Part shown: positions 50,159-59,322 of the stretch, piece after piece
How positions within the stretch are numbered: the first letter of the stretch is position 1
Layout of the letters: every line of letters starts with the position of its first letter
Assembly: GCA_035551455.1 (NCBI GenBank)
Contig: DASZMZ010000066.1
Coordinates: 868 to 64,867 of the forward strand
DNA: 64,000 nt
Direction of reading: 5' to 3'
Origin: Candidatus Sulfopaludibacter sp.
Lineage (GTDB): Bacteria; Acidobacteriota; Terriglobia; Bryobacterales; Bryobacteraceae
Made by a program: the position numbers and the translations under genes
Notes under the pieces: generated by a model
Databases searched by the model: none
Told to the model about the DNA's origin: nothing
The model's input: the letters and a program-made list of their open reading frames with translations, nothing else

Positions 50159-52039
50159 CTACTGCACGGCGGTATACAGGGTCTGGGAGCTGTTCACTCC
50201 GTTCAAGCTGATCGTGACGGGAATGGCGTCACTGGCGGAAACGGCGGGGACCGTGACATTGAACTGGTACAGCCCTACCGAGCCCGGCGCGAGACCTTTG
50301 TAAGTGATCACAGCCGGCGTAGTTCCGAACAGTACCTGCAACGCGCCGGTGAGCACGCTATTCGCCGGCGCAACCTGTCCCGGCAAGGTGTTGGTATCCA
50401 CCGGACCGAAGCCCACGCCATAAATGGTAATGGTGTCCCCGGCATGCGCCTGCCGGGAAGTGAAGCCGCTGACCGAATTCGGCGGCATCACGAAAGTGGA
50501 CCCGTCGGTGAAGACCGCGCCCAGATACTGCTTGCCACCCACCTTAAATTGCGGCGGCGCATAAACTCCGAATTGCGTGGCGTTCACCGTGAGATTGTAG
50601 GTGGAGCTGGTTCCCACCGCCGTGGTGACCGTAAGCGGCACAGTCCCCTGATTCACAAAGGGCACCAGTACATTCACCTGACCGGGACTGATGTAATCGA
50701 TTGCCGCCTGCTGCCCGCCGATGGTGACTTCGGTGCGATCCAGCGAAGTAGGGGCAGTGACGCCGCCGTTGCTGAAATCCGCGCCGGTCCATGAGCGAGT
50801 GCTTGCCGAAAGATTGGAACCGTAAATTTCCACCCAGGTGCCGGGCGCAACGCTGCTCGAAGCTCCGAAATTCCCAGCCGTGATGACGCCTCCGGCGCTC
50901 ACCGCGGGAGGCAGTCCCGAGCCGCCGGAACTGGCCGGCTTAAGCAGGCGGATGACGTTGTTGGCCGTATCGGCGACATAGATATTGCCGCTGCCATCCA
51001 TCGAAATGCCCGCCGGAAAATTGAGCGACGCCGAGAGCGCCGCGCCGCCATCGCCGGCATAGGCAAAGCTGTTGTTGCCCGCGATCGTCGTAATGATCCC
51101 GCTGGTGGACACCACGCGGATGCGCGCATTATTGGTGTCGGAGATGTAAACGTTGCCGGCCGAATCCACCGCCACGCCCTTCGGATTATTCAGTTGCGCC
51201 AGGGGAAACGCCTTGCCTCCATCGCCCGAGAAACCGGGGGTGCCGTTGCCGGCCACGGTAGTGATGATGGCGCCGCTGACCTTTCGGATGACGTGATTGC
51301 CACTATCGGCGATGTAGATATTCCCCGAAGGATCCACCGCGACGGCCACCGGGTTCTTCAATTGCGCTTTGATGGCGGGCCCATTGTCGCCGTTGTAGCC
51401 GGGCGATGTGGTGCCGGCTATGGTGGTGATGATTCCAGTGGCGGCTGCGATTTTGCGAATGGCGTTATTGCTGGTGTCGGCGATATAGATATTCCCGGAG
51501 GCATCAATGGCCATGCCGGAAGGACGGAACAGTGAAGCATTCGTAGCCGCTCCTCCATCGCCCCCGTACGTGGTGCCATTGGTCTGGTTGCCGGCGAAGG
51601 TGCTGATGTTGCCGTCCGTGGTCACTTTGCGGACCACGTTGCTGTTGGTGTCCGAAAAGTAAACCACGCCTTTGGAATCCACTACTACAGCCGAAGGACT
51701 ATTGACGGTAGCAGCCGTGGCCTTAGCCCCATCGCCCGTATAGCCACCTACGCCGCTGCCGGCGAAGGTATTGATCTTGCCGTCGGAACCGACGATGCGA
51801 ATACGCTGATTGGCCTGGTCGGCGATATATAAATTGCTGCCGTTCAGCGTGGCGCCCACCGGCAGGCTCAGTTCGGCGGCCGTAGCCGCCCCGGCATCGC
51901 CCGCATAGCCCGCCGTGTTGTTGCCGGCTATGGTGGTGATGGTATATGTGGTGGCCGTCTGACCCCAGGCGGCAGCGAGAAACAGACCGGAGAGTCCCAA
52001 TTGTCGAAGAAGAGTGCGGTTTAGAGAATGAATTGGCAT
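50159..52039 (-). CDS. exported NHL-repeat protein with a TIGR03437 (Solibacter C-terminal) domain
   Basis: Start at MPIHSL. There are 6 or more NHL-type repeats (P.GVAVD..GN.YIAD..N..IRK), then two IPT/TIG-like C-terminal modules ending LYQFNVTVP...ISLNG..S...LYTAVQ. Confidence 0.85.
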   Translation of the reverse strand: MPIHSLNRTLLRQLGLSGLFLAAAWGQTATTYTITTIAGNNTAGYAGDAGAATAAELSLPVGATLNGSNLYIADQANQRIRIVGSDGKINTFAGSGVGGYTGDGAKATAATVNSPSAVVVDSKGVVYFSDTNSNVVRKVTTDGNISTFAGNQTNGTTYGGDGGAATNASLFRPSGMAIDASGNIYIADTSNNAIRKIAAATGIITTIAGTTSPGYNGDNGPAIKAQLKNPVAVAVDPSGNIYIADSGNHVIRKVSGAIITTVAGNGTPGFSGDGGKAFPLAQLNNPKGVAVDSAGNVYISDTNNARIRVVSTSGIITTIAGNNSFAYAGDGGAALSASLNFPAGISMDGSGNIYVADTANNVIRLLKPASSGGSGLPPAVSAGGVITAGNFGASSSVAPGTWVEIYGSNLSASTRSWTGADFSNGGVTAPTSLDRTEVTIGGQQAAIDYISPGQVNVLVPFVNQGTVPLTVTTAVGTSSTYNLTVNATQFGVYAPPQFKVGGKQYLGAVFTDGSTFVMPPNSVSGFTSRQAHAGDTITIYGVGFGPVDTNTLPGQVAPANSVLTGALQVLFGTTPAVITYKGLAPGSVGLYQFNVTVPAVSASDAIPVTISLNGVNSSQTLYTAVQ

Positions 52040-52131
52040 GCTTTCCACGAACAGTAACATAAATCGACGCACGGGAAAGCCGGCGCGTTTCCGGAATGGC
52101 CGATAACGATATAATTCGGACGGGAAGCGGT

Positions 52132-53133
52132 ATGGGAAAGCTGAGTCTGTTGGCACTCCTCTGTCTGGTGCAGGCGGCGCGGCCGCAGGAGACGCAAACC
52201 CGCGGGCCACTGCGATTCCATGGCGAAGCGCACGCCGGCGCCGCCGTCACGTCGCCGAATCTGGGCGAGGAAGGCACGCTGGACGTCCTCGAAGGCGGCG
52301 GATCGTCGAGAGTCTGGAGCTTCGACGTGGCGGCAAACGCCTGGTCGCCGGCGGGTATCGCGCCGCAAGCCGTGGGACCGGGGGGAGCCCTGTCCAGCCT
52401 CTTCAACGCCTGCGATTACGCATTGGTGGGCGGCGGCTCACGCAGTTTCTTTTCGACCGGTACCGGCTGCGATTTGCCGTCGAGGCTGGCCGACGCTCCG
52501 GCGGCGGCAGGCGACGGTGCCGCGATGGCCACGGCGCCAGGCTTGCAGGGATCTCCCGTGGATTCCGTATTCGCCCTGCGCGGCGGCGGCACGAGCGACT
52601 TCTGGCGGTACAGCATCTCGCAAAACACGTGGACGCCAATGCCGGCCACACCGGCGCCTGTGGGGAGCGGCTCGGCCATGGTGGAAGCGGCCTCCTGCGG
52701 CGTGATCAACTCCGGCTCGCTGTTCCAGGTCGCGGCAATTCGGGGCGGCGGCACCAGCGACTTCTGGTGTTTCGACATTACCGGGAATACCTGGCTGACG
52801 GCGGGGATTCCCGCGTTGCCGTCGCCGGTCGGACCAGGCGGGTCGCTGGCGCAATTACAACGGTTGGGCCAGATTTTCGTATTGCGGGGAGGCGGCAGTT
52901 CGGACTTCTGGACGCTGCGGGCGGGAGCCTGGGTGCAACTGGCTGCCACGCCGGGACCCGTGGACGAAGGCGGCTCGCTGGTGGGGATCAACTACGGGAC
53001 GGCGAGTCATCGCGATGAGTTATTCGCGCTGCAGGGTGGCGGCTCGGGCGCGGTGTGGAAATACGACGTGAGTTCGAACGTCTGGACCCAGGTGAGCGAG
53101 ATTCCGGTGTCCCGTCCGCGGGATGTGCGCTAG
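52132..53133 (+). CDS. exported Kelch-like repeat protein (about six repeats with a GGG[ST]SDFW core)
   Basis: Signal peptide MGKLSLLALLCLVQA. Recurrent units of roughly 50 aa: L.GGG.S.FW.Y....N.W......P..VG.G..L. Confidence 0.65.
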   Translation: MGKLSLLALLCLVQAARPQETQTRGPLRFHGEAHAGAAVTSPNLGEEGTLDVLEGGGSSRVWSFDVAANAWSPAGIAPQAVGPGGALSSLFNACDYALVGGGSRSFFSTGTGCDLPSRLADAPAAAGDGAAMATAPGLQGSPVDSVFALRGGGTSDFWRYSISQNTWTPMPATPAPVGSGSAMVEAASCGVINSGSLFQVAAIRGGGTSDFWCFDITGNTWLTAGIPALPSPVGPGGSLAQLQRLGQIFVLRGGGSSDFWTLRAGAWVQLAATPGPVDEGGSLVGINYGTASHRDELFALQGGGSGAVWKYDVSSNVWTQVSEIPVSRPRDVR

Positions 53134-53191
53134 CCGCCGTAAGGCGAGGAGCAGACCTCGCCACGCTGCGGTATCTTAATTTGAAGCCCCG

Positions 53192-53899
53192 ATGATCACT
53201 CAGGTTCTGATCGCCATCCTCACCTTCGCGGCCAGCGGAATCGCTTTCTGGATTTCGGCGCGATTGCGCCGCGATAACCGGAAGAGCCGGAATTGGCCCA
53301 CCGTATCGGGTCAGATCGTCGAACGCGGCATCGAGAGCCTTCAGACCGACGGGCGCGCCTTCACCCCGAAGGTGAAATATTCCTACACGGTCGCCGGCAA
53401 GGAATACGCCGGCCAACAGCTTTACCGGACGGGCCGTGTGGGCTCCACCCAAAAGCCCGCCCAGCGGCTCGCCGACGGACTGCCCACCACCCTCCCGGTG
53501 CACTACAATCCCGAGAATCCCGGCGAGGCATTCCTCCTGGCAAATCCGAGCCGTATCCTCTGGATTGCGACCGCCTTCGCCATCGGCGCCTTCCTCTGGG
53601 GCTTGATGGCAACTGCTGACGCTCGCCGCCCGCTAACACCCGCGAGAGAGTCGTCAGTCCGGAGGCGCAATGCCGCCTGCCAAGGGCCTAGTGCGGCAGC
53701 GCGAACGCCACGATCGCAGACCCGGAGGGAGCCCCGTTCTTCCCTCCCCCGCACACGATTACCACATACTCGCGGCCATCGATCTCGTAAATGGACGGAG
53801 TCGCATTCCCCGCGGCGGGCAGCACCGTTTCCCAGAGCAGCTTGCCCGTCAATTTATCGAACGCCCGGAACTTCTTATCGAAATTGCTCGCCCCGATAA
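53192..53899 (+). CDS. DUF3592-domain membrane protein (3' end uncertain)
   Basis: TM helix, then WP.V.G.I..........F.P.V.Y.Y.V.G.EY, and a second TM helix, as in DUF3592. After that the ORF continues for about 90 Arg-rich codons antisense to the next gene before its first stop. Confidence 0.6.
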   Translation: MITQVLIAILTFAASGIAFWISARLRRDNRKSRNWPTVSGQIVERGIESLQTDGRAFTPKVKYSYTVAGKEYAGQQLYRTGRVGSTQKPAQRLADGLPTTLPVHYNPENPGEAFLLANPSRILWIATAFAIGAFLWGLMATADARRPLTPARESSVRRRNAACQGPSAAARTPRSQTRREPRSSLPRTRLPHTRGHRSRKWTESHSPRRAAPFPRAACPSIYRTPGTSYRNCSPR

Positions 53900-55727
53900 A
53901 CAGCAGACCACTCGCAGTCACCACCGGACCGCCATAGTTGTCACTCCCGGTGTTCTTCAACCCCTTGGCGACCAGCTCGGGATACTCGCCCAAGGGGATC
54001 TGCCATCGAATTTCACCCTTGGCCAGATCGATCGCGTTGAGCGTGCCCCACGGAGGCGTGAGCGGCGGGTAGCCTTCCTGATCGCGGAACAGGATGTACC
54101 CTTCGTTCCGATATTTCTGCCAGTTCGCATCCGGCGCGCTGGGAGCGGCCATTCCGGGATCGCGACCCGTGACCAGAAAGTCGACGATCTCCTCCACCCC
54201 GCGGCCCAGATGCGAGAAGCCCGGCATGCGGCCCGTGCCTTCCCGAATCACCGACGCCAGTTCGGCGCGCGACCGGCGCTGCCCGACGTCCACCAGCGAG
54301 GGAAACTGCGGCGACCCCTTACGATCGTCGCCATGGCAATCCGCGCAGTTGTTCTTATACAGCGATGCCGTGTCGTGCGTGACCATGCGGATGATCCACG
54401 GCTGCTCGTTGGAGTTGACGTACAACAGATTGGTGGCCGGGTCGAAGGCCGCGCCGCCCCATTCGCCTCCGCCGTCGGTGCCGGGAAAAAGGATCGTCCC
54501 GCGCCCGCTCGGCGGCGTGTAGATGCCCTGGGAATCCAGCTTGCGGAAGATGTCGAGCACCGCGGCATGCGCCTCAGGCGTCCTATTCGTAATGATGGCT
54601 TCGTCGAACGTCTGCCGCGTAAACGGCGGCGGTTTGACCGGGTAGGGTTGCTCGGCGGCCAGCTTTTCGCCATCCAGCGGCGACGGCGGAGCCTTGCGGT
54701 AAGCGATGGGAAACAGCGGCTTGCCCGTCCGCCGATCCAGCAGAAAGACGTAGCCGCTCTTGGTGATCTGCGCCACGGCGTCGACCGGGCGGCCATTCCG
54801 CGTGACGGTGACCAGGCTGGGCGCCGCCGGAAAATCCAGGTCCCACACGTCGTGGCGCACTCCCTGGAAATGCCAGATCCGCCGCCCGGTGCGGGCATCC
54901 AGCGCCAGGACGCAGTTGGCGAACAGGTTGTCGCCCACCCGGTTTGCGCCGTAGAAATCGAAGGAGGCGGAGCCGGTGGCCGCGAACACCATCCCGAGTT
55001 TCGGGTCGATCGAGAGGCCCGCCCAGGCATTGGCGCCGCCCGATATTTCGTAGGCGTTCTTGGGCCAAGTCGCATAACCGAACTCGCCCGGATATGGGAT
55101 CGTGTGGAAGATCCACCGCATCTTGCCGGTGTGCACGTCGAACGCGCGGATGTGGCCGGGAGTGCCGGGCAGCGTCTCCGGGACGGTGCTGCCCAGAATG
55201 ATCATGTCCTCGAAGATCACGCCGGGACTGCTGGCGCTGATGCTCGCCGAGGCGGCGGGACGTCCCAGGTTCTCCCGCAGGTCGATGCGTCCGGCAGTGC
55301 CGAACGATGCGATCGGGCGTCCGGTCCGCTTATCGAGAGCGTAGAGGAAATTGCGCCAGGTGACGAAGACGCGGTCCTGGTAGACCGTCACGCCGCGGTG
55401 TCGATAGCGGCGCTGCGGACCGGCGCCTTCGGCCGGGTCGAACTTCCAGATTTCGCGCCCGGTGGCGGCATCCAGCGCGACCACTTTGAGGGTCGGCGTA
55501 GTGGCGAAAAGCATCCCATCCACCACGATGGGGTTGCTCTGCATCTCGGAGTCTTTAAACGCGTCGTGCGAGTCGTACGACCAGGCCACTTGCAGCTTGC
55601 CGATGTTGGCAGGGCTAATCTGGGTCGACGGGGAGTACCGAATATTATAAGGACCGCCATTGACCGGCCAGTCGCGATCGGCCGCGTGTAGGGCGGCAAG
55701 TGAGAAAATCAGGAATTTGGCAATCAC
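53688..55727 (-). CDS. PQQ-dependent dehydrogenase (beta-propeller) with an embedded c-type cytochrome module
   Basis: PQQ-propeller motifs (W.YD......SNPIVVDGMLF..T....V.ALDA.TG...W) and the haem-binding CADCH at 54333-54347. The start is set at GTG 55727 (MIAKFLIFSLAALHA signal). The upstream part of the long ORF is antisense to the Gfo/Idh/MocA gene. Confidence 0.8.
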   Translation of the reverse strand: MIAKFLIFSLAALHAADRDWPVNGGPYNIRYSPSTQISPANIGKLQVAWSYDSHDAFKDSEMQSNPIVVDGMLFATTPTLKVVALDAATGREIWKFDPAEGAGPQRRYRHRGVTVYQDRVFVTWRNFLYALDKRTGRPIASFGTAGRIDLRENLGRPAASASISASSPGVIFEDMIILGSTVPETLPGTPGHIRAFDVHTGKMRWIFHTIPYPGEFGYATWPKNAYEISGGANAWAGLSIDPKLGMVFAATGSASFDFYGANRVGDNLFANCVLALDARTGRRIWHFQGVRHDVWDLDFPAAPSLVTVTRNGRPVDAVAQITKSGYVFLLDRRTGKPLFPIAYRKAPPSPLDGEKLAAEQPYPVKPPPFTRQTFDEAIITNRTPEAHAAVLDIFRKLDSQGIYTPPSGRGTILFPGTDGGGEWGGAAFDPATNLLYVNSNEQPWIIRMVTHDTASLYKNNCADCHGDDRKGSPQFPSLVDVGQRRSRAELASVIREGTGRMPGFSHLGRGVEEIVDFLVTGRDPGMAAPSAPDANWQKYRNEGYILFRDQEGYPPLTPPWGTLNAIDLAKGEIRWQIPLGEYPELVAKGLKNTGSDNYGGPVVTASGLLFIGASNFDKKFRAFDKLTGKLLWETVLPAAGNATPSIYEIDGREYVVIVCGGGKNGAPSGSAIVAFALPH

Positions 55728-55760
55728 GCAGGAAGATTCTACCGCAGCGGGGCCGGTCGT

Positions 55761-55766
55761 TATAAT
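55761..55766 (+). promoter_or_regulatory. perfect TATAAT hexamer 7 nt upstream of the ATG at 55774
   Basis: The sequence is ggtcgtTATAATagctgcgATG. The spacing would give a leaderless or near-leaderless transcript. No Shine-Dalgarno is visible. Confidence 0.3.
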
Positions 55767-55773
55767 AGCTGCG

Positions 55774-56787
55774 ATGAGACTTGCGGTGCTAGGCCTGGGG
55801 TTCATGGGCAGTACCCATGTAGCGGCGATGCGCGGGTTGCCGGGCGTGGAACTGGCGGCGGTGTATAGCAGCGACGAGAATAAGCTGGCGGGCGACCTGT
55901 CGGGAGTGCAGGGCAATCTCGGCGGTCCCGGCGAACGGCTGGATTTTTCGACCGTCCGTAAGTACACCGAGATCGAGGACGTACTGGCCGATTCGAAGAT
56001 CGACGCCATCGATATCTGCCTGCCCACATATCTGCACGATACCGTTGCCGTGGAAGCGCTGCGGGCCGGCAAGCACGTGCTCGTCGAGAAGCCGATGGCG
56101 CTCGACCCGTACGGCGCCGACCGCATGATCAACGCCGCCCGCCGCTACAAGCGAACGCTGATGACGGCGCAGGTGCTGCGTTTCTTCCCCGAATATATGG
56201 CGCTTCGCGAGGCCCTCTGCGACGGCAAACTGGGACGCTGCCGCTTCGGCATGTTCCGCCGCCAGTGCGCCGCGCCCCTGTGGGGCGGCTGGCTGCAGGA
56301 CGCGGAGAAGAGCGGCGGCGGGGCCTTCGACCTGCTGATTCACGATGTCGACATGTGCCTGTACCTGTTCGGCAAACCGCGGGCCGTCTGCGCGTCGGGC
56401 TACTGCCACCCGGCCATGGGAATCGATTGCATGGACGCGCAGTTGTTCTACGACGATGGCGTCATACAGGTGAGCGGCGGCTGGCGCAATGCGCCGGAAT
56501 ATCCGTTTAGTATGGAGTACAGCGTGACCCTGGACGGGGGCACGGTGGAGTACAGTTCTCTCGGCCATCCGCCCATCGTTTACGGAGCGAAGGGCGGGTC
56601 GGAAGCGCTGAAGCTGAACGCGCAGGACGGCTATGCCGCGGAAATCGGCTACTTCGCGCAGTGCTGCGACGCGGCCACGCCGCCGGTATTGTGTCCTCCG
56701 GCCGATTCGGCGGACGCCGTGAAATTGATGCGCCTGATCTTGGAATCGCGCAATCGCAATGGAGCGAAAATGATATGCACTCTCTAG
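55774..56787 (+). CDS. Gfo/Idh/MocA-family oxidoreductase
   Basis: Canonical Rossmann start MRLAVLGLGFMGSTH and the EKP motif (VLVEKPMA). Confidence 0.9.
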   Translation: MRLAVLGLGFMGSTHVAAMRGLPGVELAAVYSSDENKLAGDLSGVQGNLGGPGERLDFSTVRKYTEIEDVLADSKIDAIDICLPTYLHDTVAVEALRAGKHVLVEKPMALDPYGADRMINAARRYKRTLMTAQVLRFFPEYMALREALCDGKLGRCRFGMFRRQCAAPLWGGWLQDAEKSGGGAFDLLIHDVDMCLYLFGKPRAVCASGYCHPAMGIDCMDAQLFYDDGVIQVSGGWRNAPEYPFSMEYSVTLDGGTVEYSSLGHPPIVYGAKGGSEALKLNAQDGYAAEIGYFAQCCDAATPPVLCPPADSADAVKLMRLILESRNRNGAKMICTL

Positions 56788-57599
56788 AACCCCTGGAGCC
56801 AGGGGTGATGTTTTGGGCCGGTCGAGATTCACTGGATGACGTCCGGAGCGCCGGCGTACGCTGCGGCCAACTCGGACTGCCGGGCGGCATGGAACTCTCC
56901 GATGCGGCGGCGGCGGAATGGAAACAGTCGCTGGACGCGGCCCAGTTCACGCTGGTAACCGTGTTCGCCGCCTACGATGGCGAGAGCTATGCCGATATCC
57001 CGACGGTGCAGCAGACCGTGGGCTTCATCCCGCGGGCAACCCGCGCCGAGCGCGAGCAGCGCACCTATGCGGTCAGCGATTTCGCGGCCAAACTGGGCGT
57101 GAAGAGCATTGCCTGCCACATCGGCTTCGTGCCTGAGGACGAAGCGGACGAAGACTACGTGGCCGTCCGTGACCTCGTGCGCCGCGTCTGCGATCATGCG
57201 TCGGCCCACGGTCAGAGTTTCGCGCTGGAGACCGGACAGGAGCGCGCCGACGTGCTGCTGCGCTTCCTGGCCGATTGCCAACGGCCGAATCTCGGCATCA
57301 ATTTCGACCCGGCCAATCTGATCCTCTACGGGACCGGCGAACCCATCGCGGCGCTGCGCACGCTGGCGGCCCACCTGATCTCGGTCCACTGCAAAGATGG
57401 CGACTGGCCTCCGAAGGACGTGCCCGGCGCGCTCGGCAGCGAGCGTGCCCTGGGACAGGGCTCGGTAGGCATCGACCGCTTCGTGAAGACCCTGGCCGAA
57501 ATCGGCTTCACCGGCCCGTTAAACGTGGAACGCGAAGGCGCCTCGCCCGGCCAATGGCTCCAGGACCTCACCGCCGCAGTCCAACTCCTCCGGAAGTAG
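56775..57599 (+). CDS. sugar phosphate isomerase/epimerase (xylose-isomerase-like TIM barrel)
   Basis: Start at MHSLEPL, overlapping the upstream gene by 13 nt. Motifs FALETGQE, NFDPANL and HCKD are typical of AP-endonuclease-2/XI-like TIM barrels. Confidence 0.85.
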   Translation: MHSLEPLEPGVMFWAGRDSLDDVRSAGVRCGQLGLPGGMELSDAAAAEWKQSLDAAQFTLVTVFAAYDGESYADIPTVQQTVGFIPRATRAEREQRTYAVSDFAAKLGVKSIACHIGFVPEDEADEDYVAVRDLVRRVCDHASAHGQSFALETGQERADVLLRFLADCQRPNLGINFDPANLILYGTGEPIAALRTLAAHLISVHCKDGDWPPKDVPGALGSERALGQGSVGIDRFVKTLAEIGFTGPLNVEREGASPGQWLQDLTAAVQLLRK

Positions 57600-57635
57600 G
57601 ATAGACGATCGGCTTCCGTCGTCTGTCCTGCCGAA

Positions 57636-59302
57636 CTACTTCTTCACCGTGACCGTCTGGTCGCCGTCCACGTACGCCACGTACGTGGATCCGGCCGCCG
57701 CAGCCACGTCTTTCGGATGCTTCGTGCCCGAGATTTCGAGCGGCCTGCCCTTCTCGTCTCCACCCTTCACCGCGGCGGCGCGGACGGCAAGTTTCGTGCC
57801 TCCCGGAATCGCCGCGTCTTTCAGCCGGTAAGTGATGTGCGCGCCGCCGATCAGCTTCTTATGGGCGGCCGTCACCACCTGCCCGCTAACCACGGCGCCT
57901 TCGGGCAGCACTACGTTATTGCCGATCCGGAATTCTCGCGACACCGTGAATCGCAGAGCCTGATCCGCGGGAGCATCGGCCGCGACATCCTCCGCCAGCT
58001 TGAGCGAAATCGGCATCCCGTCCGACACCACCACGGTCTGCACTGCGGCCACTGGAGCGGGAGGCGGAGCAGGCGCCGCGGCCACCACCGGCGGGGGCGA
58101 TGCCGGAATGGCAGCAGCGGAGTGGTCACGGGCACGACGGCGGGCGTGGTCGGCGCCGGCGCAGAGACCACCTTCTTGGGAATCGCAGTCCTCACGGGCG
58201 GCGGCGTGGGAACGGTCGCCGCGGGCGTCTCCACGACTGGCGGCGGTGTCTCCAAAATGGGCGCGGGTGGAGGCGTCATCTGCACAACGATCGCGGGCGG
58301 CCGCGGCTTCGGCCGAGTCATCACCCAGATGCCGCCGACGGCCAAAAGCAGCACCGCTACCCCGCCCCCGATCCACGCGTAGGGCGGTTTCGCTTTCCGC
58401 GGCGCGGCCGTTTCCGGCGGCAGCGTGAGGAAAAGCGTCCCCGAATCCGAGTCGCGCTTGAGCATACTCAGCGCGGCGCGAACGGCTTGCATGGATTGCC
58501 ACCGCTCATCGCGCTTCTTCCGCAGGCACCGCTCCACGATGTTCTGCAGCGAGGGCGGCACCCCTTCGTGATGCGTCAGCGGGCGAGCCTCGTCGCGCAG
58601 AATCGAACTGAGCGTGGAAATGGTGGAATCGCCGCTGAACGCGCGTTCGCCGGTGACCATCTCGTGCAGCATAGCGCCGAACGCGAATACGTCCGACCGC
58701 GCGTCCACAGGCTTGCCTTCGGCCTGTTCCGGCGACATGTAGCTGACGGTGCCCAGAATGGAGCCCTCCACCGTCAACGGTGTACCGACCGTCTGCGTTT
58801 CGTCGCCGAGCGAGACATCCTCGCCGGTGGGGGCCATCAGTTTGGCGAGGCCGAAGTCCAGCACCTTGACGAGTCCGGCATCGGTGACCATCACGTTGCC
58901 CGGCTTGAGATCGCGATGCACAATTCCGGCGCCGTGGGCCGCTTCCAGCGCACTGGCCACCTGCACGGCGTAGTCGAGCACGACGGAGAGCGGCAGACCG
59001 TCCTTCGGGATCAGATCGCCCAGCGTTTTGCCGGATACGAACTCCATCACCAGGCATTCGCCGTCTCCCGAAGAGACGATGTCGTGGATGGTGATGATGT
59101 TGGGATGGTTCAACGCGGAGGCGGCCTGTGCTTCCTGCATGAATCGCATGCGGCGCTCCTCGGTGCCGGCGTGCGCGCCGGAGAGCACCTTGATAGCCAC
59201 CGTCCGGTTGAGCCGGGTATCCTGGGCCTTATAGATTTCCCCCATGCCACCCGCGCCGAGCTTCTGGGTGATGTTGTAATGCGAGATCGTCCGGCCAACC
59301 AT
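57636..59302 (-). CDS. Ser/Thr protein kinase with TM helix, Pro-rich linker and C-terminal beta domain (apparent frameshift in the linker)
   Basis: ATG at 59302. Motifs GAGGMGEIYKA, AIKVL, HRDLKPGNV, DFGLA and SPEQ, with the TM helix WIGGGVAVLLLAVGGIWVM. After ...VVPVTTP (about 58130-58150) the kinase frame turns to Arg/Trp junk ending at 57911, while another frame carries AAAIPASPPPVVAAAPAPPPAP...VVVSDGMPISLKL... through to the stop at 57636. Confidence 0.8.
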
Positions 59303-59322
59303 CAAAGTTCCCTTCTGGATGT

